Source: a bacterium
Lineage (GTDB): Bacteria > Sysuimicrobiota > Sysuimicrobiia > Sysuimicrobiales > Kaftiobacteriaceae
DNA length: 19,560 nucleotides
Assembly (NCBI GenBank): GCA_044868695.1
Contig: JBIOWP010000009.1
Span: forward strand, 1 to 19,560
Reading direction: 5' to 3'
A model generated the notes under the pieces. That model did not search any database and was not told the origin of the DNA. It was given only the letters and a program-made list of their open reading frames with translations. Below, piece by piece: positions 1-8,164 of the stretch. Position 1 is the stretch's first letter, and each line of letters begins with the position of its first letter. A program made the translations under genes and the position numbers.

Positions 1-257
1 CCCTGGAGACCGTCTCCGGCCACCGTGTGCACCGGGCGGAGCACCGCGCCGAGCTGATCAGGCGTGTACTCGTCGGTGATGCTGGTGCCCTCGTGGAAAT
101 CCTCGCAGACGCTGACGAAACTGTCAACGTCCTGATGGGTGATGCCCGCGTCGTCATAGGCGCGGGTCGCCGCGTCAAACGTGAGTTCGCGGTAGGAACT
201 GTCGGGTGAGAGCGGACGCGGGGGAACGGTCCCGATGCCGGTGATTGCGACCTTCAC
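1..257 (-). CDS. Thiolase-family protein (SCP2/archaeal-type), N-terminal part, truncated by window edge
   Basis: Not in the ORF track. Manual translation from GTG at 257 gives VKVAITGIGTVPPRPLSPDSSYRELTFDAATRAYDDAGITHQDVDSFVSVCEDFHEGTSITDEYTPDQLGAVLRPVHTVAGDGLQG. This matches the thiolase N-terminal pattern (VAIxGxG...EL..A...A..DAGI...DVD). An in-frame TAA 4 codons upstream fixes the start. Confidence 0.8.
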   Translation of the reverse strand, partial: MKVAITGIGTVPPRPLSPDSSYRELTFDAATRAYDDAGITHQDVDSFVSVCEDFHEGTSITDEYTPDQLGAVLRPVHTVAGDGLQ

Positions 258-277
258 GAGACGTCTTTACACGGCGC

Positions 278-292
278 GCAGGAGTCTCCTGC
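278..292. promoter_or_regulatory. Perfect 15-bp palindrome GCAGGAG-T-CTCCTGC, candidate operator
   Basis: 7-bp arms with a 1-nt centre in the 98-nt divergent intergenic region between the thiolase-like gene and the acyl-CoA dehydrogenase. Confidence 0.35.
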
Positions 293-355
293 CGGATCGG
301 GCGCGGAGGGAACGTCCCCCGCGCGGACGAACAGAGATGCCAGGCGCGACCCCGC

Positions 356-1510
356 ATGAACTTTCAATTGACCGACGAACACCGGATGGTCCAGGCGGCG
401 GTGCGGGAGTTCGCGATGAACGAAATCCTCCCGCACGCGGCGGCCCTCGACCATTCCGCCACGTTTCCCGCCGGAATTATTCAGAAAGCGGCCGCACTCG
501 GCCTGATGGGGATGGCCGTGCCCGAGGCCTACGGCGGAGCGGGCATGGACGCCCTCAGCTACGTGATCGCCCAGGAAGAGCTGGCCCGGGTCTCGGCGGG
601 CGTGCAGGCGATCATTACGGTCAACAACTCCCTGGTGTGCGAGCCGATTCTACGCTTCGGCACCGAGGAGCAGAAGCGGCAATACTTGCCGGCGTTGAGT
701 TCGGGTACATCGCTGGGATGCTACTGTCTCACGGAGCCGTCCGCGGGGTCGGACGCCATGTCCTTGCAGACCAGCGCGCGGCGCCAGGGAGACGAGTGGA
801 TCCTTCGGGGCACGAAGGCGTTCGTGACCAACGGCGTCGAAGCCGACGTGTGCATCGTCTACGCGCGCACCGGCCCCGATCCCGGCGCCCGTGGCCTGTC
901 CGCGTTTATCGCGGAGAAGGGCTTTCCGGGAATCTCGGTCGGGAAGGTGGAACACAAGCTTGGCATCAAGTGCTCTTCGACTGCAGAGATCGTGTTTGAC
1001 GACTGCCGTGTGCCCGCCGGCCATCTGCTCGGTGAATCGGGGATGGGCGGGAAGATCGCGCTGTCGACCCTGGACGGCGGGCGGCTGGGGATCGCGGCGC
1101 AGGCCGTGGGTATCGCGCGTGCGGCGCTGGAAGAGACGGCCGCGTATGCGGTGGGCCGGCGGCAGTTCGGCCGCCCGATCGCGGAGTTCCAGGCGGTGCA
1201 GTGGGTGCTGGCCGACATGGCCACGCGGATCGACGCCGCGCGGCTGCTCATGTACCGCGCCGCGTATCTGCGGGCTCAGGGAGTGCGGTACACGAAGGAA
1301 GCCTCGATGGCGAAGCTATTTGCGTCGGAGACGGCGATGTGGGCATCGCACAAGGCCGTTCAGATGCTCGGCGGATATGGGTACATCGCGGACTACCCGG
1401 TGGAGCGGTATTTCCGAGACGCTAAGATCACGGAAATCTATGAAGGGACCAGTGAGATTCAACGGGTGGTGATCGCCCGGAACATCCTCCAAGACACGGT
1501 GGGCGTATGA
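356..1510 (+). CDS. Acyl-CoA dehydrogenase, short-chain/butyryl-CoA type
   Basis: Typical MNFQLTDEH start, CLTEPSAGSD, GTKAFVTNG, KLGIKCS, GGYGY and YEGTSEIQ (catalytic Glu). ATG 356 was chosen over the ORF-track start at 245. ATGA overlap with etfB. Confidence 0.95.
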   Translation: MNFQLTDEHRMVQAAVREFAMNEILPHAAALDHSATFPAGIIQKAAALGLMGMAVPEAYGGAGMDALSYVIAQEELARVSAGVQAIITVNNSLVCEPILRFGTEEQKRQYLPALSSGTSLGCYCLTEPSAGSDAMSLQTSARRQGDEWILRGTKAFVTNGVEADVCIVYARTGPDPGARGLSAFIAEKGFPGISVGKVEHKLGIKCSSTAEIVFDDCRVPAGHLLGESGMGGKIALSTLDGGRLGIAAQAVGIARAALEETAAYAVGRRQFGRPIAEFQAVQWVLADMATRIDAARLLMYRAAYLRAQGVRYTKEASMAKLFASETAMWASHKAVQMLGGYGYIADYPVERYFRDAKITEIYEGTSEIQRVVIARNILQDTVGV

Positions 1511-2298
1511 ACATCATCGTCTGCGTCAAGCAGGTGCCTGACACAGAAGCGCCGATTCGCATCAAGCCGGACGGCAGCGGCATCGACGAGACCGGGTTGA
1601 ACCTGGTCATGAACTATTATGACGAGCACGCGACGGAAGCCGGGCTCCGGTTGCGGGAGCAGTTCGGCGGAACGGTGACACTGCTCTGCGCGGGACCGGA
1701 GCGTGCGAAAGAGGCGCTGCGGACCGGGCTGGCGATGGGTGCCGACGAGGCGATCCTGGTGGCCGATCCCGCCCTGGACGGCGCCGACCACCTCGCTCTC
1801 GCTCGTGTTCTGGCGGCTGTGATCAAAGCGATTCCGCATGACGTCATCGTCTGCGGTAAGCTCAGCACCGATGACAATGCCGCCGTGGTTGGCCCGGCGC
1901 TCGCCGAGTACCTGGATCTTCCGCAGGCCACGGCGATCGCGCACCTTGAGGCCGACGCCTCCGGGGCGGGCGCAGTGGTGCACCGGGAGGTCGAGGGCGG
2001 CGTAGAGGTGCTGCAGGTACCATTTCCGGCGGTGCTGACGGTGGAGCGCAGCCTCAACGAGCCGCGCTACCCGTCACTCCCCGGGATCATGAAGGCCAAG
2101 CGCAAAGACATCAAGACGATGACTCTCCGGGACATCGGGACCGGCCTGGGCGAGGCCGGGCGCGTCACGGCTAAGACTGCGCTGGTCCAGCTGGCTACTC
2201 CGCCCAAGCGGAAGGCTGGCCGGATAGTGGAAGGCGATGTGAATCAGGCCGTGGCGGCCATCGTGGCGTTTCTCCGGGACGAAGCGAAGGTGCTGTGA
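1507..2298 (+). CDS. etfB: Electron transfer flavoprotein beta subunit
   Basis: MNIIVCVKQVPD, ALRTGLAMGAD, NEPRYPSLPGIMKAKRK. Overlapping start and stop with both neighbours. Confidence 0.96.
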   Translation: MNIIVCVKQVPDTEAPIRIKPDGSGIDETGLNLVMNYYDEHATEAGLRLREQFGGTVTLLCAGPERAKEALRTGLAMGADEAILVADPALDGADHLALARVLAAVIKAIPHDVIVCGKLSTDDNAAVVGPALAEYLDLPQATAIAHLEADASGAGAVVHREVEGGVEVLQVPFPAVLTVERSLNEPRYPSLPGIMKAKRKDIKTMTLRDIGTGLGEAGRVTAKTALVQLATPPKRKAGRIVEGDVNQAVAAIVAFLRDEAKVL

Positions 2299-3311
2299 TG
2301 AGTGCGGATGTTTGGGTTGTCGTCGAACACCAGCAGGCGGCGCCCAAGAAGATCAGCCTCGAACTGCTCAGCTGCGCCCGGCCCCTCGCCGCCTCCCTGT
2401 CCGGGAAGGTGGTCGCGTTCGTGGCCGGGACCGGTGTGGGTCCGGTTGCCGCCACCCTGGGGCCCAGAGGGGCGGATGTCGTGTATACTGCCGACCATCC
2501 CCTGCTGGGTACGTATACAACAGACGGGTACGCCGCGGTGCTTGCGGATGCCCTGCAGGGAGAGTCTCCCTCTGTCGTGCTCTTCGGGTCGACTGCTCAG
2601 GGACGGGATCTGGCGCCCCGGGTCGCGGCCCGGCTGGGAGCGGGGATCGTCACCGACTGCGCACGGGTCGATCTGCGTGACGGCGAGCTTGTGGCCACCC
2701 GTTCCATGTACACGCGGAAGGCCATCGGGACGGTGCGGTTTTCCGGCGGCCTGCGGGTCGCTGTCGTCCTGCCGGCCATGTATCCAGTTGCCGCCGCGGA
2801 TTCAGGACGCCGCTCAGAAGCCCGGGTCTGCCAGGTGGGGCTGGACCGGAAGGCCATCCGGACGACCGTGCGCGAGACAAAAGTCGTCCACCGGGAGACG
2901 ATTCCGCTGATCGAAGCCGATGTCGTCGTCTCAGGCGGCCGGGGCATGAAAGGACCGGAGAACTTTGCGCTCCTGGACGGCCTCGCGCGGGCGCTGGGCG
3001 CGGCGGTCGGATCGTCGAGGCCTCCCGTGGACTCAGGATGGGTGCCGCATGACTACGAGATCGGGCAGACCGGCAAGACGATCAGCCCGGAGGTGTACCT
3101 CGCCTGCGGCATTTCCGGGGCGCCTCAGCATCTGGCTGGCATGTCCGGCTCGAAGCACATTGTAGCCATCAACCGAGACCCGAACGCGCCCATCTTCCAG
3201 ATGGCGGATCTGGGCGTGGTCGGTGACCTGTTCGAGATCATTCCGAAGCTGACCGAAGCCGTACGAAAGGCAAAAGGCGGGACCGGGGAACAGGGACCGG
3301 GGACCGGTTAG
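2298..3311 (+). CDS. etfA: Electron transfer flavoprotein alpha subunit
   Basis: [52 protein letters not shown] coupling to etfB. The last ~10 aa derive from a 7-mer repeat. Confidence 0.96.
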   Translation: MSADVWVVVEHQQAAPKKISLELLSCARPLAASLSGKVVAFVAGTGVGPVAATLGPRGADVVYTADHPLLGTYTTDGYAAVLADALQGESPSVVLFGSTAQGRDLAPRVAARLGAGIVTDCARVDLRDGELVATRSMYTRKAIGTVRFSGGLRVAVVLPAMYPVAAADSGRRSEARVCQVGLDRKAIRTTVRETKVVHRETIPLIEADVVVSGGRGMKGPENFALLDGLARALGAAVGSSRPPVDSGWVPHDYEIGQTGKTISPEVYLACGISGAPQHLAGMSGSKHIVAINRDPNAPIFQMADLGVVGDLFEIIPKLTEAVRKAKGGTGEQGPGTG

Positions 3312-3395
3312 GATGGGTTTAGCGACCATGACTGGCCGCGGAGTCAGACGGTTCAAAATGTCGGTTGGGATCGGGTCCCAGGTCCCTGGTCCCTG
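3279..3395. repeat. Inverted short-tandem-repeat element A (7-nt unit GGGACCN)
   Basis: Left arm GGGACCG GGGAACA GGGACCG GGGACCG (3279-3306). Right arm GGGTCCC AGGTCCC TGGTCCC (3373-3393). 3291-3305 pairs with 3381-3395 over 15 bp with one G-U. Confidence 0.85.
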
Positions 3396-3418
3396 CATGT
3401 CAGGTGGTGGCAACCGTG

Positions 3419-5095
3419 ATGAATCCCAGGAAGTTGGAAGAGTTACGTCAGGCGCGCCGGCGCTGGGAAGAGACGACGCTGCGAGTAGGGCTGGACCAGC
3501 AGCCTGAGCGCGCGCCGCGCTTCTCCACGCTGTCCGATATGGAGGTGGCGCGCCTCTACGCACCCGACGATCTGGCCTCGCTGGATCCCGCGCGTGACCT
3601 GGGCCTGCCGGGGGAATACCCTTTCACGCGCGGCATCCACCCCACGATGTACCGGGGCAGGCTGTGGACGATGCGGCAGTTCGCCGGTTTCGGGTCCGCG
3701 GCCGACAGCAACCGCCGGTTTCACTACCTGCTCGAGCACGGGCAGACCGGTCTGTCCGTCGCGTTCGACATGCCCACGCTGATGGGATACGACTCCGATC
3801 ATCCCCGCGCCCTGGGTGAGGTCGGACGCGAAGGGGTGGCGGTGGACACGGTTCAGGACATGGACGTGCTCCTGGGCGGACTGCCGCTGGACCGGATTAC
3901 CACGTCCATGACCATCAACGCGCCGGCCAATGTGCTGCTGGCCATGTACGTGGTGGCCGCGGAGAAGGCCGGGTTCCGGCGGGCCGACCTCGGCGGCACG
4001 ACCCAGACCGACATGCTGAAGGAGTTCATCGCGCAGAAAGAATGGATCATCCCCCCGCGGCCCAGCATGCGGCTGATTCAGGACATGCTGGTTTTCGGCA
4101 CCCGGGAGCTCCCACACTGGAACGTCATCAGCATCAGCGGGTACCACATTCGGGAGGCGGGGGCCACGGCGGCGCAGGAGTTGGCCTTCACGCTCGCCGA
4201 CGGCATCGCCTACGTCCAGGCCGGGATCGAGGCCGGTCTCGATGTAGACGCATTTGCGCCCCGGCTGTCGTTCTTTTTCGACTGCCACAACGACTTCTTT
4301 GAGGAGATCGCGAAGTTTCGCGCCGCCCGGCGGCTGTGGGCACGGATCATGCGCGAGCGGTTCCGGGCCCGCAATCCGCGCTCATGGTGGCTGCGGTTCC
4401 ACACCCAGACCGCCGGCGTCTCGCTCACCGCCCAGCAGCCGCTGAACAACATCGTGCGCGTGGCGATCCAGGCCCTGGCGGCGGTGCTGGGCGGCACGCA
4501 GTCCCTGCACACGAACTCGATGGATGAGACGTACGCATTGCCCACCGAAGAGGCCGTCATGGTCGCGCTGCGCACGCAGCAGATCATCGCATACGAGAGC
4601 GGCGCCGCCAACACCGCGGATCCACTGGGCGGATCGTATTTCGTGGAGTCGCTCACCAACCGCATGGAGGCGGAGGCGGAGGCGTACATTAAGAAGATCG
4701 ATGATCTCGGCGGCATGGTGCATGCGGTCGAGCTCGCCTACCCGCAGCGGGAGATCGCGGAGGCCAGTTACCGGTATCAGCAGCAGCTGGAGGGCAGGGA
4801 GAAATTCATCGTGGGAGTCAACGAATTCGTGCACCCGGAGGAGCAGCCGATTTCCATCCTCCGGATCGATCCGGAAATCGAGCGCCAGCAGATTGCGCGC
4901 CTGCGCCAGGTGCGCGCGGACCGCAGCACCCTCCAGGTCCGTCGGGCGTTGGACACGCTCACGCGGGCCACCGCCGGCGGGGGCAATACGATGGAGCAGG
5001 TGGTGGAGTGCGTGAAAGCCGGCGCGACCATCGGCGAGATCTGCGACGTGTTCAAGACGGTGTATGGCGAGTACCGGGAACCCGCTATCATCTGA
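3419..5095 (+). CDS. icmA: B12-dependent acyl-CoA mutase, substrate-binding large subunit; isobutyryl-CoA mutase-like
   Basis: [84 protein letters not shown]-like AGGTGGTGG at 3402-3410, start GTG 3416 or ATG 3419. The family is certain; the icmA assignment rests on the Phe/Gln residues. Confidence 0.8.
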   Translation: MNPRKLEELRQARRRWEETTLRVGLDQQPERAPRFSTLSDMEVARLYAPDDLASLDPARDLGLPGEYPFTRGIHPTMYRGRLWTMRQFAGFGSAADSNRRFHYLLEHGQTGLSVAFDMPTLMGYDSDHPRALGEVGREGVAVDTVQDMDVLLGGLPLDRITTSMTINAPANVLLAMYVVAAEKAGFRRADLGGTTQTDMLKEFIAQKEWIIPPRPSMRLIQDMLVFGTRELPHWNVISISGYHIREAGATAAQELAFTLADGIAYVQAGIEAGLDVDAFAPRLSFFFDCHNDFFEEIAKFRAARRLWARIMRERFRARNPRSWWLRFHTQTAGVSLTAQQPLNNIVRVAIQALAAVLGGTQSLHTNSMDETYALPTEEAVMVALRTQQIIAYESGAANTADPLGGSYFVESLTNRMEAEAEAYIKKIDDLGGMVHAVELAYPQREIAEASYRYQQQLEGREKFIVGVNEFVHPEEQPISILRIDPEIERQQIARLRQVRADRSTLQVRRALDTLTRATAGGGNTMEQVVECVKAGATIGEICDVFKTVYGEYREPAII

Positions 5096-5108
5096 AGGTC
5101 GGGACTAG

Positions 5109-5522
5109 ATGGCTACTCAGAAGATTCGTATCATTGTTGCCAAGCCGGGGCTCGACGGCCACGACCGGGGCGCAAAGGTCGTGGCGCGCGCGCTGCGTGA
5201 CGCGGGATTTGAAGTCATCTACACCGGGCTGCATCAGACCCCGGAGATGATCGTCAATGCTGCGATTCAAGAGGACGCCGACGCCATCGGGTTGTCCATC
5301 CTCTCCGGCGCGCACATGACCCTGCTGCCGCGGGTGATGGTGATGCTGCGCCAGAAGGGCGCTGGCGACGTGGTGGTGTTCGGCGGAGGGATCATTCCAG
5401 AAGAGGACATCGCGGCCCTGAAGGCCGCCGGCGTCAGCGAAATCTTCCAGCCAGGAGCGTCGCTGGACTCCATCGTCCGATGGGTGCGCGAACACGTGAA
5501 ACCCAGAGGGGTGAAGACATAG
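5109..5522 (+). CDS. icmB: B12-binding small subunit of acyl-CoA mutase
   Basis: [13 protein letters not shown] (DxHxxG cobalamin motif), [16 protein letters not shown]. Stand-alone 137-aa protein directly after the large subunit. Confidence 0.85.
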   Translation: MATQKIRIIVAKPGLDGHDRGAKVVARALRDAGFEVIYTGLHQTPEMIVNAAIQEDADAIGLSILSGAHMTLLPRVMVMLRQKGAGDVVVFGGGIIPEEDIAALKAAGVSEIFQPGASLDSIVRWVREHVKPRGVKT

Positions 5523-6436
5523 AGGACGCGCATTCATCGAAGCCGGGTGTCCTGAGGGAAGGGGAGCCGGTCCTCCTGATCGACCGCAAGGACCGGCGGT
5601 ACCTGCTCACCTTGCGCGCCGGCGCCGTGGCCGACCTGCGGGGGGGCAAACTTGCGCACGACCATCTCATCGGGACATCGGAGGGGCGGTTCGTGCGCAC
5701 GACCCGCGGCGAGGTCTTTCTCATGCTGCGTCCTACGCTGGCCGAATTCGTCCTGGACATGCCCCGCGGCGCGCAGATCATCTATCCAAAAGACCTGAGC
5801 GCAATTCTTCTGGCGGCCGATATCTACCCCGGCGCGACGGTGCTCGAGGCGGGTACCGGGTCGGGCGCGCTCACGATGACGCTCCTGCGAGCGGTGGGAC
5901 CGGCGGGGCGCGTCTACTCCTACGAAATCCGCGGCGAGTTTGCCGCCCGCGCGGCCCAGAACATCGGCCGCTACGTCGGCTCGTCTGACCAGCTGGTGGC
6001 TCGCGCGCAAGATGTCTACGAGGGTATTCCTGATACGCCGCTGGACCGCATCGTGCTCGACGTCCCGGAGCCGTGGCGCGTCGTCCCACACGCCGTCCGG
6101 ACCCTGCGACTCGGCGGAATCATCCTATCCTATGTGCCGACCGTGCCTCAGGCGGCGCGCATGGTTGAAACACTGCGGATGTCCGGCGGATTCAGCTTGA
6201 TCGAGACATTTGAGACGCTCGTCCGCCCGTGGAACATCGAGGGGGCAAGCGTGCGCCCCGCCCACCGTATGGTGGCACACACCGCGTTCATCACGACGGC
6301 GCGGCGGGTGGACCTACACAGGGAACGCGGGGACGCGGGAACACGGGAACGCGAAGACGGGCAGCTAGGGGGCGAGTCTCCAGACGGCGGGGATGAGGAC
6401 GTAGGAGACGATTCCCAAGAGGATCGCCAAGGGTAG
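5519..6436 (+). CDS. trmI: tRNA (adenine-N1)-methyltransferase (TrmI/Gcd14 family); start uncertain (ATA 5519 or ATG 5480)
   Basis: [59 protein letters not shown]. The C-terminal ~40 aa come from a repeat plus antisense overlap. Confidence 0.92.
   Translation: MEDAHSSKPGVLREGEPVLLIDRKDRRYLLTLRAGAVADLRGGKLAHDHLIGTSEGRFVRTTRGEVFLMLRPTLAEFVLDMPRGAQIIYPKDLSAILLAADIYPGATVLEAGTGSGALTMTLLRAVGPAGRVYSYEIRGEFAARAAQNIGRYVGSSDQLVARAQDVYEGIPDTPLDRIVLDVPEPWRVVPHAVRTLRLGGIILSYVPTVPQAARMVETLRMSGGFSLIETFETLVRPWNIEGASVRPAHRMVAHTAFITTARRVDLHRERGDAGTREREDGQLGGESPDGGDEDVGDDSQEDRQG
6321..6360 (+). repeat. Short tandem repeat B (8-nt unit GGGAACGC)
   Basis: GGGAACGC GGGGACGC GGGAACAC GGGAACGC GAAGACGG at the trmI/SLC13 convergence. 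Confidence 0.8.
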
Positions 6437-8155
6437 CCCAATCCGCACGTAGTCCCGCATCTGGTACCCGCCGGGGCCCATGACCAGCAGGTTCACCGGG
6501 TTGCTGATCGGCGTGAACGTCGTGCCGGTCCCGGCGATCACCGCCATGACGAACGCGTGCGGATGTGCCCCTGTCGCGCCCGCGGCCTGGACCGCATTGG
6601 GCGCCAGGACCGTGGTCGCGGCGATGCTCGGCATGAGCTGGTTGAGGATAATGGACACGCCCAGGACCGTGGCCAGCGCGGATAGTGGGTGAGCCCCCAG
6701 CGTACGCAGCGCAACGCCGCTGAGCGCGGACGCGGCGCCGGTGGTGGACAGCGCGGTGCCGATCGGCAGAATGGCGCCGATGAACACCAGCGCGCGCCAG
6801 TCGATCACCTGGTAAATCTCGTCCACCGTCAGCGCGCGCGACCCGAGGATAATTCCGGCGGCGAGCAGCGTCGCGAGGACGATGGGGACGCCGGCGGTGC
6901 TGGCGCCGATCATGACGGCCACGCTGAGCAGCGCCCACGGCGCCCGTGCCGTCCGCAGCTCCTGCGACCCGTCAGGCTCGAGGACCAGGAAGTCGGAGTC
7001 CTGGCGCAGCAGGGCGATCCGGTCCCGGGGGCCCTGGACAAGCAACGCATCGCCCAGTCGAACGGGGAGGTCCACCAGACCGGTCCGCCTGGGGCGTCCT
7101 TCCTGCCAGATCGCCAGGACGGTCAGGCCGTACTTCTCCCGGAAGTTGATCTCGCGGAGGGTCTTGCCGGCCAGGCCGGAACGCGGCGCCAGGATGGCCT
7201 CGACCACCCTGATCTGGGCGGACTCGAGCACCGTCACCTCGGGCTCGCGTGGTGCGGAGAGGCCGACCTGTTGCAAGTCGTGGGACCGCTGCAGGTCCTC
7301 CGGCCGTCCTTCCACGACCAGACGATCCCCGCCCCGTAGGCGTTCGTCGCGCGTGGGCGCGATGATCCGCTGTGTGCCACGAGAGATGCTGAGCACCGTC
7401 AACCCCAGCGATCGTCCCAGGTCGCTCTGTGCGATGGTCTTGCCGGAGAGGGGAGAGCCGTCGGGAATGCGGACTTCAAACAACCGCTCGCGTAGCCGGT
7501 ACAGGTCGACCAGGTGCTCATGGCGAGGCGGTTCGTGGATCGCGACGTCCGGCAGCCACCGCCGGCCGATCAATCCGATGAACGCGACCCCCGCCACCAG
7601 GAACGCGGTTCCGAGCGGCGCGAACTCGAAAAACGCAAAGGGGCGAAGGCCATGCTGGACCAGCGACTCACTCGCGATGAGGTTGCTCGGGCCTGAAATC
7701 AGCGTCAGGTTGCCCCCCAGCCGCGTGCCCAGCGCCAGAGGGAGCAGCAGTCTGGATGGGCTGACCTTTGCCTCGCGGGCGGTCGCGACCGCGGCGGGGA
7801 GCAGCACGGCCATCGCGCCGATGCTGTTCATGACGCCCGAGAGCAGGCCCCCGGCGGCGCAATACGCCAGCGCCAGGCGGGCTTCGCTGCGTCCGGCCAC
7901 CCCCAGGATTCTCTGACCCAGCACCGCGGCGACGCCGGTGCGCTCGAGGCCTGCGCTGACCACAAACACCGCGGCGATGGCGACCAGCGCCGGTGATCCG
8001 AACCCGGCCAGGCCGGCTTCGAGAGTCACGGTACCGGAGAGCAGCAGGACGATCAGGACAAGGAGGGCGATGGCGTCGGGACGCCAGCGGCCCAGCGCGA
8101 ACGCCGATGAGGCAGCAACGAGGAGCGACAGAGTGAGCGCGGCCGCGGTGGACAC
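6365..8155 (-). CDS. SLC13/CitMHS-type permease with two TrkA-C (RCK_C) domains
   Basis: Hydrophobic N- and C-terminal blocks. Motifs SPSRLLLPLA, GGNLTLISGPSNLI, SPLSGKTIAQ and SGLAGKTLREINFR (RCK_C), LGDALLVQG, TPISNPVNLLVMGPGGY. GTG start 9 nt after the thiolase stop. Confidence 0.92.
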   Translation of the reverse strand: MSTAAALTLSLLVAASSAFALGRWRPDAIALLVLIVLLLSGTVTLEAGLAGFGSPALVAIAAVFVVSAGLERTGVAAVLGQRILGVAGRSEARLALAYCAAGGLLSGVMNSIGAMAVLLPAAVATAREAKVSPSRLLLPLALGTRLGGNLTLISGPSNLIASESLVQHGLRPFAFFEFAPLGTAFLVAGVAFIGLIGRRWLPDVAIHEPPRHEHLVDLYRLRERLFEVRIPDGSPLSGKTIAQSDLGRSLGLTVLSISRGTQRIIAPTRDERLRGGDRLVVEGRPEDLQRSHDLQQVGLSAPREPEVTVLESAQIRVVEAILAPRSGLAGKTLREINFREKYGLTVLAIWQEGRPRRTGLVDLPVRLGDALLVQGPRDRIALLRQDSDFLVLEPDGSQELRTARAPWALLSVAVMIGASTAGVPIVLATLLAAGIILGSRALTVDEIYQVIDWRALVFIGAILPIGTALSTTGAASALSGVALRTLGAHPLSALATVLGVSIILNQLMPSIAATTVLAPNAVQAAGATGAHPHAFVMAVIAGTGTTFTPISNPVNLLVMGPGGYQMRDYVRIGLPLAILLGIVSYVLIPAVWRLAP

Positions 8156-8164
8156 GCCGGCCGG

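Noticed and set aside
27..209. 60-aa plus-strand ORF
   Set aside because: It is the antisense shadow of the thiolase-like gene on the minus strand.
3312..3418. Cobalamin riboswitch upstream of the B12-dependent mutase
   Set aside because: No B12-box or other conserved cobalamin riboswitch motifs are visible, and the structure is explained by the 7-mer inverted arms.
3419..5095. Methylmalonyl-CoA mutase call
   Set aside because: The Tyr/Arg carboxylate-binding pair is replaced by Phe/Gln, and no epimerase gene is nearby.
6882..7916. Long alternative-frame ORFs (also 235-999, 7668-8540, 11760-12533, 13392-14447, 13993-14967, 17367-18260)
   Set aside because: They are Arg/Pro/Ala-rich, motif-free and overlap well-supported genes, as expected in high-GC DNA with few stop codons.
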